Positions 9,579-19,918 are shown, counted from the first letter of the stretch. The stretch: DNA of 64,000 bases from Calditrichia bacterium (GCA_050633245.1 JBOEGD010000024.1:96001-160000), one strand, 5' to 3'. Notes: generated by a model not told the origin, from the sequence alone. Numbers and translations: made by a program.

Positions 9579-10568
9579 TTATCTGGTAACGACTACTGGT
9601 TCGACTGTGCGATAAACAAGACCATTTTTGCCGGCAGCTAACAAGTGGTTGTCGCTTGCAAACTCTAGTGCATTAACTGTCTGTACGGCAAGGCTGTCGC
9701 TTGCGTTTTCCCAGGTGTCGCCATCTTTTGAACGCCAGACGCCTCGTTCATCTGAGGCTACAAAGAGTGTGCTGTCTGGAAGGACAATAATATCATAGAT
9801 AATCGCCGCAAGCAGTTGTGGATTAAACTGATTCCAGTTATCGCCCTGGTCTGCCGATTTATAGAGTCCACCGCCCAGAGTGCCCGCATATATATTGCCT
9901 ACACTATCAACAGCCATTGTAAGAACAACCTGGTTTTGCAATCCAGTTTGCTGCCAGGTTTCGCCAATATTTGCAGATTTGAAGACGCCGTCACGATTCG
10001 TTCCTGCAAAAAGCAGCCCATTGGAACTCTCACAAAAAGATAGTGCACTGACGTCTCCAATCCCCGAGTCTGCTTTTACCCAATTGCGACCCGTTTCATC
10101 GGAACGATACAGGGCAGAAATACTACCAACGAATACCTGTCCGGAAGAGTGTTCAAATATTTCCCAAACGCTACCGGTCGTAAGCGTTTGTCTTCCCCAG
10201 CTTGCATTGATATTAACAGTTCGATAAAGACCGGTTGCCGTTCCGGCGTAAATACGTCCGAATTGATCCTCTGCCATAGAGATTACCGAGATATCTTGAA
10301 GTCCGGCATTAAACGGCTGCCAGACAGCACCACTATCGAAAGATAAAAATAGGCCATTATCGCTACCAGCAAGAACTGCGGAGTTCAAACTTAATAGGGA
10401 GCGTGCCTGCGATACACCCGGCCCGCTTGTAACCTGCCATGAAACGTCGGCAGCTGCAGGTGTCGGTTCACCGCTATCTCCACCCGTGCTCATATCCCGG
10501 CCACAAGATAACAGGAAGACAAAAATGAGTAATACAAACAGAGAGAGAGAGTAACAATTGTGATGCAT
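9579..10568 (-). CDS. Lipoprotein with BNR/Asp-box beta-propeller repeats
   Basis: Start at ATG 10568 (GGAG RBS); lipobox FLLSC; repeated SxDxGxxW motifs. Confidence 0.8.
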   Translation of the reverse strand: MHHNCYSLSLFVLLIFVFLLSCGRDMSTGGDSGEPTPAAADVSWQVTSGPGVSQARSLLSLNSAVLAGSDNGLFLSFDSGAVWQPFNAGLQDISVISMAEDQFGRIYAGTATGLYRTVNINASWGRQTLTTGSVWEIFEHSSGQVFVGSISALYRSDETGRNWVKADSGIGDVSALSFCESSNGLLFAGTNRDGVFKSANIGETWQQTGLQNQVVLTMAVDSVGNIYAGTLGGGLYKSADQGDNWNQFNPQLLAAIIYDIIVLPDSTLFVASDERGVWRSKDGDTWENASDSLAVQTVNALEFASDNHLLAAGKNGLVYRTVEPVVVTR

Positions 10569-10953
10569 ATAATTCTCCGATAGGCAAAGTAAATGTGGGT
10601 TTTCTTCTAAACGAATTGCAGGCAGTAAGGTTCCTGCTTGTGATTCTAAACCCAGCATCATTTTTGTCGACGATTGTGGGATGTGCCATGCAGCCCTAAT
10701 TTATGCATTTACTGGACTGATATCACTGTAGTTGTGGTGAAAAAATATTTATGCCGTTTTGTAGTTTCTGTTAATTAAGTGTTTCCGTTTTTAGTGTTTT
10801 TAATTAATAATTAAATTTAATTTGCATTTTGAGTTAATTAATTTAAATTTACACTTGATTTCTGCACCTGCTGTTGAAAAACCGGGTGCTTTCAATAAGA
10901 TTTCTACGTTTTCAGATAGAATTATTAACCATACATACCAGGAGGTTATAGCA

Positions 10954-12372
10954 ATGGCAAAGTCAATTGCCGATGTTTTAAAGCTTGCGAAGGAAAAGAA
11001 TGCCAAGATTATTGATGTTAAATTCATGGACTTTATTGGAACCTGGCAGCATTTCTCCGCGCCGGTTTCTCAATTGGATGAAGGCACGTTTGAAGAAGGT
11101 TTCGGTTTCGATGGATCCAGTATTCGTGGTTGGAAGGCAATAAACGAAAGCGATATGGTCGTTATTCCGGATCCTGCAACTGCTGCTATCGATCCATTCA
11201 TGACACCAACAACGCTTAGCCTTATTGGAAATATCTACGATCCGTTAACCAAGGAATCGTATTCCCGTTGCCCACGTTCGATTGCACAAAAAGCTGAGGC
11301 ATATCTCAACTCGACCGGTCTTGCAGACACTGCTTTCTTCGGCCCGGAAGCTGAGTTCTTTATTTTTGATGATGTTCGTTACGATCAAACCAGTAATTCT
11401 GGATTTTATAAGGTAGACTCTGTTGAGGGTGCCTGGAATACCGGACGCGATGAAGGCCCAAACCTGGGATACAAGCCGCGTCACAAGGAAGGTTATTTCC
11501 CGCTACCGCCGGTCGACCGTTCTCATGACCTGCGTTCCGAGATGGTCATGGTTATGGATGCTATGGGACTTGAAGTTGAAGCACACCACCATGAAGTTGC
11601 TACTGGTGGACAAGCTGAAATCGATCTTAAGTACGGTCCGCTATTGAATACTGCTGATCGCATGATGTGGTATAAGTATATTGTGAAGAACGTAGCATTT
11701 AGGAATGGAAAATCGGTAACGTTTATGCCGAAGCCACTATATGGCGACAACGGCTCAGGAATGCATTGCCATATGAGTCTGTGGAGAGATGGAAATCCAC
11801 TTTTTGCCGGTTCCAAATACGCTGGCCTTTCCGAGATGGCGCTGTATTTCATCGGTGGAATCCTGCGGCATGCCAAAGCATTAATAGCCCTCACCAATCC
11901 GACTACAAATTCGTTTAAACGTTTGGTGCCGGGATATGAGGCTCCGGTAAACCTGGCGTATTCACAGAGTAATCGAAGTGCGGCTTGCCGTATTCCGGTT
12001 TATAGCAGCAGCCCAAAGGCCAAGCGCATTGAATTCCGCTGCCCCGACCCGACCTGTAATCCTTACCTCGCATTCAGTGCAATGTTAATGGCCGGGCTTG
12101 ATGGCATTCAGAACAAGATCCATCCAGGCGAGCCGCTGGACAAGGATATTTACGATCTCTCACCAGAGGAGTTGGCCGAAGTGCCGTCAACACCAGCTTC
12201 TTTGGCCGATGCGATGGACGCACTTGAGAAAAACCACGACTTCTTGTTAAAAGGTGATGTGTTTACCAAGGATGTTATTGAAACGTGGATTGAATATAAG
12301 CGTGAGAACGAAGTTGATGCGCTGCGTTTACGTCCTCATCCGTATGAGTTCATGCTGTATTATGATATTTAA
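10954..12372 (+). CDS. glnA: Glutamine synthetase type I
   Basis: AGGAGG RBS before ATG 10954; FDGSSI, HHEVA, FMPKP, NGSGMH, RIEFR and adenylylation site DKDIYDL. Confidence 0.97.
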   Translation: MAKSIADVLKLAKEKNAKIIDVKFMDFIGTWQHFSAPVSQLDEGTFEEGFGFDGSSIRGWKAINESDMVVIPDPATAAIDPFMTPTTLSLIGNIYDPLTKESYSRCPRSIAQKAEAYLNSTGLADTAFFGPEAEFFIFDDVRYDQTSNSGFYKVDSVEGAWNTGRDEGPNLGYKPRHKEGYFPLPPVDRSHDLRSEMVMVMDAMGLEVEAHHHEVATGGQAEIDLKYGPLLNTADRMMWYKYIVKNVAFRNGKSVTFMPKPLYGDNGSGMHCHMSLWRDGNPLFAGSKYAGLSEMALYFIGGILRHAKALIALTNPTTNSFKRLVPGYEAPVNLAYSQSNRSAACRIPVYSSSPKAKRIEFRCPDPTCNPYLAFSAMLMAGLDGIQNKIHPGEPLDKDIYDLSPEELAEVPSTPASLADAMDALEKNHDFLLKGDVFTKDVIETWIEYKRENEVDALRLRPHPYEFMLYYDI

Positions 12373-12397
12373 TGGAAGCGTAGCTTTGTATTAAAGC

Positions 12398-12432
12398 GAA
12401 ACGCCCGGAACCATCCAGGTCCCGGGCGTTTC
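12398..12432. terminator. Hairpin terminator between convergent glnA and recombinase-like gene
   Basis: GAAACGCCCGG...CCGGGCGTTTC 11-bp perfect inverted repeat. Confidence 0.7.
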
Positions 12433-12453
12433 TGGTTCTGGGGAAGAACACTT

Positions 12454-13353
12454 TTATGCTGCTCGCGAATTCGCAAGATACGCGATATTCATTCGTGACT
12501 TTGGTGTAAACGCGAGTGAAAGCTGCTGCTGCCGCGTTTTTTGTTTTTCCTGCTGTCTGCTTTCAGCCGTTGCTTTTAATACGTCCAACAGACGGCCACG
12601 CGGTACGCTAATATCCAGCTGCTTGAAAAAGCGCGTTAGAACTCGAAGTGCTGATGGCACAGGCCAGGTTCCGGCTGCGTGGCGTCCACTTCCCTTTACG
12701 AAGAGGCGACGCGTCTGATGACGACGATTTTCCAGATAAAAGTTTATGTAGTGAATCAGATTTGCTGACAAGGTGATTTTGCGAATGCCGTCGGGACACA
12801 AAATAAATTGTCCTTCTTTCTCACGAAAGCTTCCTGAGCGACCGGCTCGAGCAATATTGCCATTGCGGCCCACTTCGAGTTGCAGTGCTTCTTCAAGTGA
12901 TAAACCGGTTTCGCAAAGCAAAAAGATGAGCGCCGTTTCGCGTCGTTGATTACACGTGCCGGTATTGTGAATCAGTAAAGAACGCAGCTGCTCAAATTCT
13001 TCTGCCGTTAGTCCGCCAAGCCGCTCGGGAACAGTTTCTTCCACCTGGATAATAGAGTGGACACCATCCGGCAGGGCACGACACTCTTTTTCCAGATAGC
13101 GTAAAAAAGAGCGTAGTGCCATCAGCTTCGGACTTCGAGACACATCACGTGCCCGAATCCCGCTGCTGGTTTCTTCCCAGCGCTGCTGCTGCCAGATTCG
13201 TGAAACCTCTTCCCTCGTTAACTCCGCAGGAGACGCCAGACAACGACGATGAAGCAACTCTGGTAATGCAGTGACATAGCGATTTACCAACTCCGGATGA
13301 AATCGCAATTCACTCTCAAGATGGCTCTGATATGCTGCTAGAAAATCCGTCAT
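12454..13353 (-). CDS. Tyrosine-recombinase (XerC/D)-fold protein lacking catalytic residues
   Basis: GGAGG RBS; SAM-like N-terminus, KLMALRSFLRYL, LTAEEFEQL, RRETALIFLLCETGLSLEEALQL (catalytic Arg position is Ser); no HxxR box. Confidence 0.65.
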   Translation of the reverse strand: MTDFLAAYQSHLESELRFHPELVNRYVTALPELLHRRCLASPAELTREEVSRIWQQQRWEETSSGIRARDVSRSPKLMALRSFLRYLEKECRALPDGVHSIIQVEETVPERLGGLTAEEFEQLRSLLIHNTGTCNQRRETALIFLLCETGLSLEEALQLEVGRNGNIARAGRSGSFREKEGQFILCPDGIRKITLSANLIHYINFYLENRRHQTRRLFVKGSGRHAAGTWPVPSALRVLTRFFKQLDISVPRGRLLDVLKATAESRQQEKQKTRQQQLSLAFTPKSRMNIAYLANSRAA

Positions 13354-13507
13354 TGTCTACCTCCGGGCGTTTTAAATTGAATAGTGAACAAAAGAACACT
13401 ATCATAATAATCTTTGAATGTTTTATTGTCAAGCAATTAATTCGTATAGCTGAATTTGTCGCGTATATTGCATAAAAAGTTGACCTCAGTAACCGATAAT
13501 CTGAACT

Positions 13508-16500
13508 ATGACAAAAAATCGATTTACCCGCCTGACAGCTGAGCTTTGCGCCAAAACGCCCGACAATCAACGCATTGCCAAGTACCTGCAAACAATGGGA
13601 TTTGAAGACTGGCGGGCAGCCTCGGCTTCTCTAAACAGGCTTATGGCGCTGGAAACGGGACGCAGTCGGTTAAAAAAGCTGTTGCCCACGATATTGGGGC
13701 TGCTGGAAGTTTCTGCCAGTCCGGATCGATCGTTGATTAACGTGGAACATCTGCTGGGCTCTTCAAAGGAACGAAGTGCACTCTTAGAGCTGCTTCAAAA
13801 CTCTCCCCGTACGCTGGACATGCTATTTACCATTTTTGCCGGCAGCCAATTCCTAACCGATATCGTTTTTCGCAATCCCGACTATGTAAAACAACTGGCC
13901 GATGCCCGGGCACTTTCCCGCCCGAAAAGCCGCGATCAGTTCTTCCGCGAAGCCATGGCGCTTCAACAGGAAGCAACTGGCTTCCACGGCCGGCTGGATG
14001 CCCTCAGGCGATATCAACGGCAACAGCTCTGGCGGATTGGAGCCAGCGACCTTTGCAATCTATCTGCACTGCAAACCGTGACGTCCCAGCTTTCTTTCCT
14101 GGCCATGGGGCTTATTCGTGCCTGTCTGAACATTGCCTCGAATGAGGTTCAGATTCAGCCCGATGGGTTCTGTGTTCTGGCATTGGGAAAGCTTGGCGGT
14201 CGTGAACTGAACTACAGCTCCGATATTGATCTGATTTTTATTAGCACTGGTGAAAAGGAGTTTCAACGCCTTGGGCAAAAGCTTATCGAAGCGCTGAATA
14301 AATTTACCGGTGAGGGGTTTCTCTATAGAACAGATATGCGACTCCGTCCATGGGGGACAACCGGAGCGTTGGTGCCAAGTGTCGATGACAATCTGCAATA
14401 TCTGCGTGATAATGCCCGCCTTTGGGAAAAACAGGCGATGTTAAAAGCGCGAATAGTCGCAGGAGACCGCAAGCCGGGTGAGCTTTTTTATCGCGGCGTT
14501 CGTGAACTGATCTTCGATTTACCTGCAAAAGAGGTGCGTGCTTCGGTGATAGAAATGAAGGAGAAAATTGAAAAGAAGCTCAATAAAAAAGAATGGGGAG
14601 AAGTAAAAAACGGCAAAGGCTCTATTCGCGATATCGAATTCTCGGTGCAATTTTTACAGCTGCTAAATGGAGGCAACTCGGCAGACATTCGCAGTCGCAA
14701 TACGCTTGATGCGCTCGGTAGACTGGCAGCCAACAGTTATTTGTCGATGAGAGACTATCGAACTCTTTCTGAAGGCTATGTCTTTCTGCGAACGATTGAG
14801 CATCACCTGCAAATCATGCACTATCTGCAAACTCATCAACTTCCTTCCCAAAATCGCGAAATCGCATTTCTGGCGCGTCGATTAGGGTTTGAAGGCAGTG
14901 AAAGCGGGGCGCAATTTCTGGAGCGATACCGGCAACATCGCCAGGCTATACGAGAAACGTATGAGCGGCTCGTCCGGAAGGAAGGCGACACTGAGTATAT
15001 TGTCGAAGAAGATGAGGTTTTACTTACGATTGCCGACTTAAAAACGGATGATTTGCAGAATTCACTGATGTTGGAGCTCTCTGATTCCCAACCGGTAAAA
15101 GTAGACGCGCGGCTTCTTAAGGAGGGAATTTGGCAAGTGACAATTGTGGGGTACGATTACCCCGGTGAACTCTCACTGATTTGTGGTTTGCTCTCCGGCT
15201 TTGGCCTGAATATTCTGGAAGGGCGCATTCAAACTTTCGAAGATAAACAGCCGCGTCAGCCGGCACTGCGATCAATTCGCCGTCGGCGTCCAAACAGAGT
15301 CTCCGCTGCCGGCAGGAAAAAGATAGCTGACGTTTTTCTGGTAAGGCAAATGAATAGTGATGTCTCGCCCGATTGGTTGTCCTACCAAAATGAGCTATTG
15401 GAACTGGTGCAGCTGTTGCGCGAGCGTGAAACAAACAAAACGCATGGTAAGCTGGCCAGTCGTCTTGCCGCCACGCTGGAACATTCCGAGCTGCCGGATG
15501 TTCAGCAGCTACCGGTTTTTATCGGGATTGACAATGCCGCGTCTGAAAGCTTTACCGTATTACGAATAGATGCAGAAGATTCATTTGGCTTTCTCTATGA
15601 ATTGACCAACGCGCTGGCGCTGCATGGATTGAATATTTCCCGTATGCAGATTACCTCTCTCGGTAGCAGGGTTCATGACACGCTATACGTAACGGATTTG
15701 CAAAAACAAAAGCTGCTCGACCCGGTAAAGCAGCTGCAGGTGCGTGCAGTTGTGGCGCTGGTAAAGCACTTTACTCAAATGTTACCGCTTACGCCCAACC
15801 CGGAAGCTGCAATGTTGCATTTCAGAGAATTTCTTACACATTTTTTTGCGCTGCCGAATTGGCTTGCCGAATTGTCTTCTCTGGAGCGACCTGAGGTATT
15901 TGATGCGCTGATAAAATTGCTTGGCATCAGCGATTTTCTCTGGAGCGATTTTTTACGCACCCAACATGATAATCTTTTTCCGGTTGTAAGAGATATTCAG
16001 GGATTGCACCATGCCAAGTCTGCATTGGAATTGCAGGTTGAACTGGATGTATTACTGGCGGATGCAGGCACATATGCTGAAAAGCGCAGCGTGCTAAACG
16101 CCTTTAAGGATCGCGAGATGTTTCGCATTGATATGCGCTATATTCAAGGGTTTATACCTGAGTTTTGGCAGTTCTCAGAAGAATTAACGGATCTCTCCGG
16201 TGTTGTGTTATGTCGTGGATTAGACATGTGCAATGTCCATTTAACAGCGCTGCATGGAGAACCGCTAAAGGCAGACGGCGCACCTGCACGTGCCTGCGTT
16301 GTTGCGCTTGGAAAATTCGGCGGTCGGGAGTTGGGATTTGCATCGGATATCGAGTTGATGGTCGTGTATGAAGGGGATGGAGAAACCAGGGGGAACAAGG
16401 TGATTACGACGCCAGAGTATTATGACCGTTTGGTGTTGGAAATAAAGCAAACAATTAAGGCGAAACGCGAGGGGATCTTTGAAATTGATCTGCGGCTACG

Positions 16501-17143
16501 TCCTTATGGCAAAGCCGGGCGAATGGCAGTAGAGCTGCAGGAATTCAGCTCATACTTTGCTTCCGATGGTCCGGCATGGAATTATGAGCGCCAGGCTTTG
16601 GTGAAATTGCGACCGATTTGGCAGGATCAACCGGAAACGCTTTTTGATATAGCAGTTCTGGAAGCCAGGGATGAGTGCCTGTTCGTCTCTGGTGCATTCG
16701 ATATTGCAGCCATGCATGCAATTCGTGAAAAACATGTTCGCCAATTGGTCGCAGGCGGAACGTTGAACGCCAAATATAGCCCCGGCGGGCTGGTTGATGT
16801 CGAATATTTGGTGCAGGGATTGCAGATTCTGCATGGTGTTAACGAACCGGAACTACGCCATCCAAACACCGGCAAGGCAATGAAACGCCTGGCTAAATAC
16901 GGTTGTTTTACTGACGAGCAGTATGCCGGTCTCAAGGCTGCTCACACCTTCTTGAGAACATTGATAGATGCGCTTCGAATGGTGCGTGGTAACGCACGCG
17001 ACCTTACTGTTCCGTCGGTCAATACCAAGGCATATACTTTTTTAGCGCGCCGATTGAACATGGAGGAAACAGTCTTGCAGGACGATATACAGCGGCATAC
17101 TACCTGGTTAAGAGATGTGGTAAAAACGCTACTCATATCATAA
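13508..17143 (+). CDS. glnE: Glutamine synthetase adenylyltransferase/adenylyl-removing enzyme with two internal ACT domains
   Basis: Two nucleotidyltransferase motifs (LGKLGGRELNYSSDIDL...DMRLRPWG and LGKFGGRELGFASDIEL...DLRLRPYG) flanking two GlnD-like ACT segments. Confidence 0.92.
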   Translation: MTKNRFTRLTAELCAKTPDNQRIAKYLQTMGFEDWRAASASLNRLMALETGRSRLKKLLPTILGLLEVSASPDRSLINVEHLLGSSKERSALLELLQNSPRTLDMLFTIFAGSQFLTDIVFRNPDYVKQLADARALSRPKSRDQFFREAMALQQEATGFHGRLDALRRYQRQQLWRIGASDLCNLSALQTVTSQLSFLAMGLIRACLNIASNEVQIQPDGFCVLALGKLGGRELNYSSDIDLIFISTGEKEFQRLGQKLIEALNKFTGEGFLYRTDMRLRPWGTTGALVPSVDDNLQYLRDNARLWEKQAMLKARIVAGDRKPGELFYRGVRELIFDLPAKEVRASVIEMKEKIEKKLNKKEWGEVKNGKGSIRDIEFSVQFLQLLNGGNSADIRSRNTLDALGRLAANSYLSMRDYRTLSEGYVFLRTIEHHLQIMHYLQTHQLPSQNREIAFLARRLGFEGSESGAQFLERYRQHRQAIRETYERLVRKEGDTEYIVEEDEVLLTIADLKTDDLQNSLMLELSDSQPVKVDARLLKEGIWQVTIVGYDYPGELSLICGLLSGFGLNILEGRIQTFEDKQPRQPALRSIRRRRPNRVSAAGRKKIADVFLVRQMNSDVSPDWLSYQNELLELVQLLRERETNKTHGKLASRLAATLEHSELPDVQQLPVFIGIDNAASESFTVLRIDAEDSFGFLYELTNALALHGLNISRMQITSLGSRVHDTLYVTDLQKQKLLDPVKQLQVRAVVALVKHFTQMLPLTPNPEAAMLHFREFLTHFFALPNWLAELSSLERPEVFDALIKLLGISDFLWSDFLRTQHDNLFPVVRDIQGLHHAKSALELQVELDVLLADAGTYAEKRSVLNAFKDREMFRIDMRYIQGFIPEFWQFSEELTDLSGVVLCRGLDMCNVHLTALHGEPLKADGAPARACVVALGKFGGRELGFASDIELMVVYEGDGETRGNKVITTPEYYDRLVLEIKQTIKAKREGIFEIDLRLRPYGKAGRMAVELQEFSSYFASDGPAWNYERQALVKLRPIWQDQPETLFDIAVLEARDECLFVSGAFDIAAMHAIREKHVRQLVAGGTLNAKYSPGGLVDVEYLVQGLQILHGVNEPELRHPNTGKAMKRLAKYGCFTDEQYAGLKAAHTFLRTLIDALRMVRGNARDLTVPSVNTKAYTFLARRLNMEETVLQDDIQRHTTWLRDVVKTLLIS

Positions 17144-17258
17144 AAAAGGTCTCCAGACCGATTCCTGTTGAAAACACTTGTTTTAATGCCTATACTAAAA
17201 TAAGAGACATATAAGTGAGGGGGAATTTGCACAAAAAAAGCGTTTCTGAGGATCATAA

Positions 17259-18083
17259 ATGAGACGATTTAGCTTTCTCTCTGTGGTGTTTTGTCTCTTC
17301 GCATTCCATATAGCAGCAGGACAAGAAAATTCTTCCAGCCTGCACATTACCTACCTCGCCAATGAAGGCGTTTATCTGGAATCCGGAGAAACATCGATTG
17401 TTATTGATGGCCTTTTTCGCGATGGTGTTAGTAGTTACATGACGCTTCCTCCAGAGCTGCTTGAAAGGCTTGAGACCGCAACAGGTCGTTTTGCCGATAC
17501 AGATTTAGTTTTAGTTACGCATCTTCACCCCGATCATTATGATGCGGCCTCGGTGTTTCGGCATCTGAGCAATAATTCGAAGGCCAACCTGGTTGCAGGT
17601 TCGGACGTGGTAGATTTGTTGAAAACCGAATCTGGTGATGGACTCAAGTCGAATCTGGATCGTGTTCATGCCATCGAGTTGGACTGGAAACAGGATAGCA
17701 GCTTCACTGTGGCTGGTGTGCAGCTGACGGCACTGCGAACGCGACATGGCTGGTGGAAGAACTATGGTCTGGATCATTTTGGTTATGTAATTGAACTAAA
17801 CGGTATGCGTGTATTGCATTTGGGTGATCTTGAAATGACAGAGGAAAATTTGTCTCAGTTTACCGAACAGTTAGCCGTAGACGTTGCGATTTTGCCGCAC
17901 TGGTTATTGACATACGACAACGGGATAGAATTGATGAACCAGTATATTAAGACCAGAAACATCATTGCGGTGCACATCGAACCGGCAAAGCTCGAAGAAA
18001 TTACCAAAAATGTGCACAAGACCTTTCCTCATGCGATAATTGCCGGAAAAGCATTGCAAAAAGCTTCATTTACAAAACCGTAA
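17259..18083 (+). CDS. Secreted MBL-fold metallo-hydrolase
   Basis: Signal peptide; ITYLANEG, THLHPDH, LHLGD motifs. Confidence 0.85.
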   Translation: MRRFSFLSVVFCLFAFHIAAGQENSSSLHITYLANEGVYLESGETSIVIDGLFRDGVSSYMTLPPELLERLETATGRFADTDLVLVTHLHPDHYDAASVFRHLSNNSKANLVAGSDVVDLLKTESGDGLKSNLDRVHAIELDWKQDSSFTVAGVQLTALRTRHGWWKNYGLDHFGYVIELNGMRVLHLGDLEMTEENLSQFTEQLAVDVAILPHWLLTYDNGIELMNQYIKTRNIIAVHIEPAKLEEITKNVHKTFPHAIIAGKALQKASFTKP

Positions 18084-18149
18084 CAGTATCGAACTTTAAT
18101 GGCGCATCTGCGTATCTTTATATAGACACATTGGCTACTGGAGATTGCT

Positions 18150-18437
18150 ATGATCTACCTTAAAATAAATGCGGCTCTGCGCAAATGGTTAAGTGCAATT
18201 TGTTGCTGGTTGGACGACTTTTTCAATCGTTCCGACTCATCCCGCCCCATGCAGATGATTGAAATACGCCGTGATGGAAAAAAAACGGTGCGCAACGTAA
18301 AACAGGAACCGGAAAACCGTTTGTTAAAGCTGGTCTTTCTGTGGACGCTGTTTTTCCTGTTTCTGCTGGCGGCCTTTAATATTGCGAACGCGAATACGTT
18401 TCGAACACCAGCGCTATCCGGGATGTCCGTTCACTAG
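18150..18437 (+). CDS. Small hypothetical membrane protein
   Basis: GGAG RBS, one hydrophobic segment, followed by a terminator. Confidence 0.55.
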   Translation: MIYLKINAALRKWLSAICCWLDDFFNRSDSSRPMQMIEIRRDGKKTVRNVKQEPENRLLKLVFLWTLFFLFLLAAFNIANANTFRTPALSGMSVH

Positions 18438-18460
18438 GATTTTGTTTTAAAATCAGTCCT

Positions 18461-18490
18461 GCAAACCGGCTAACCTCCGGTTTGCTTTAT
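18461..18490 (+). terminator. Intrinsic terminator
   Basis: GCAAACCGG...CCGGTTTGC followed by a T-rich run. Confidence 0.65.
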
Positions 18491-18629
18491 ATTTATCCCC
18501 CCAAACTTTGATTCAGCGCACAGAATTTATTCATAATAATGCGACTTTATGCTCGCACCCCTTACTTTTTATCATTGAATTCCAGCCTTAACGCATTTAT
18601 TGACATCAACTTTCACCCGGAGAGGGATT

Positions 18630-19403
18630 ATGAAGGCAGACTTTAATCAGTTGCTCTTGGCAGCTATTGTCCTGCAATTATTGGGGTATTTGATTTTTAG
18701 TTGGCTTAAAGCCAAGAAGAATGAACAGCGGTTCGCGGAATTGCACAAGCTGAACCAGGATCAACATACGCAGCTCGATCGTTTAAATGAGACCGTTGCG
18801 CAACAACAGCAGCATCTGGCCAATTTCAATGAAACAGCCGTGTTGCAGCAAAAAACCATGCAGGCGATCAGCGATAGCGCGGCGACTCAGCAGACGAATC
18901 TCGAATCGCTAAGTGAAGCCGCAATCACGCAGCAGCGCAATCTGTCTGCTATGGAAAAACGCATCGTAGAGATCGAAAAAGCAGGTGATCTATACAAGAG
19001 CCTTTTTGATGAAATTCCTTCTGCAATAAGCAAATACCGTGAATACATGTCGCGTGTCCGCGATAAATCGTTGGCCGAATTACAGCGTTCAGCATCATCT
19101 ATGGACGATAAGCTGCGTACGTATAAGGAAAAGGAGCTTGAGAGTATCGAGACGCGTGAGCGCCTGATGGCTGAGTTGCCGCAGCTGATGGTCCGACTGC
19201 ATGACATTCTCGACCCGGTGAATGAACGGCTGAAGCTATTCTCTGACCGCGATAAATATCCCACAGGTTCACTGCTGTCGGTATCGGCACGACGCGGCAA
19301 GTCGTTGCTGGCTGCTATTGGTGAGCAGTCTGTCTTTACTTCTGAGCGTTATGGTGAAGCGCAGCGTAATGGTAAGGTAGAGGAAGCGTTAGTCGAGGAG
19401 TAA
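18630..19403 (+). CDS. Membrane-anchored coiled-coil hypothetical protein
   Basis: GAGGG RBS; N-terminal TM helix; 14-residue Q-rich repeats (LNETVAQQQQHLAN/FNETAVLQQKTMQA/ISDSAATQQTNLES/LSEAAITQQRNLSA). Confidence 0.7.
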   Translation: MKADFNQLLLAAIVLQLLGYLIFSWLKAKKNEQRFAELHKLNQDQHTQLDRLNETVAQQQQHLANFNETAVLQQKTMQAISDSAATQQTNLESLSEAAITQQRNLSAMEKRIVEIEKAGDLYKSLFDEIPSAISKYREYMSRVRDKSLAELQRSASSMDDKLRTYKEKELESIETRERLMAELPQLMVRLHDILDPVNERLKLFSDRDKYPTGSLLSVSARRGKSLLAAIGEQSVFTSERYGEAQRNGKVEEALVEE

Positions 19404-19669
19404 AAGAACCAGCAAATCCCACGTTTAATTCATATCAATTTTCCGAATCGAGCCCGGCACTCAGGGTGTCAGGCTTCACACGTCGACCTGCGTACCTGAA
19501 CTTCAAATAGCTTTTTGAGGAGCATTTTCTTTCAAGTCTCAGGTATAATGCATATACTAATTTATACCCACCCCATTTGACAAAAACAACCCACTCAATG
19601 TAGGTGCTTTCGTGCGCTTTTTTGCTCTGTGATAATATGATAACCTTAAAATCAGGTGAGGATTAGCAT

Positions 19670-19918
19670 ATGAAGGAATATCTTGTATTTAAGAAATTCA
19701 TTACTCCGATTGCGTTACAAGTTTTGTTTTGGGGCGGTATGGGTGGCGTATTCTATGGAACCTGGTGGCTCTACACTCACGGCAATTGGGCATGGATTAT
19801 GTCGCTTGTCTTCGGTTCTTTAGTTACAAGACTCATTTTTGAAAATCTAATTATTAGATATCAATCCCATTTGCTGCTTAAGGAAATCAGAGACAACTTA
19901 GTTAAAGGGAAACCGTAG
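19670..19918 (+). CDS. Small two-TM protein, DUF4282-like
   Basis: GAGG RBS; F-KKFITP..LQVLFW and RLIFE...L.EIRD pattern. Confidence 0.7.
   Translation: MKEYLVFKKFITPIALQVLFWGGMGGVFYGTWWLYTHGNWAWIMSLVFGSLVTRLIFENLIIRYQSHLLLKEIRDNLVKGKP

Noticed and set aside
10822-10953. N-terminal extension of GlnA (and similar track extensions of era, the TBDT, porV, DUF2207 and the 24209 ORF)
   Set aside because: Downstream ATGs match the expected protein starts and mostly have clear SD sequences.
12454-13353. Active integrase marking a prophage or genomic island
   Set aside because: Catalytic residues are missing, the flanks are housekeeping glnA and glnE, and no att repeats or mobile genes are visible.
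19496-19512. tRNA-Sec (CTTCAAA anticodon-loop-like sequence)
   Set aside because: The flanks do not form an anticodon stem, and no T-arm or acceptor stem is evident.
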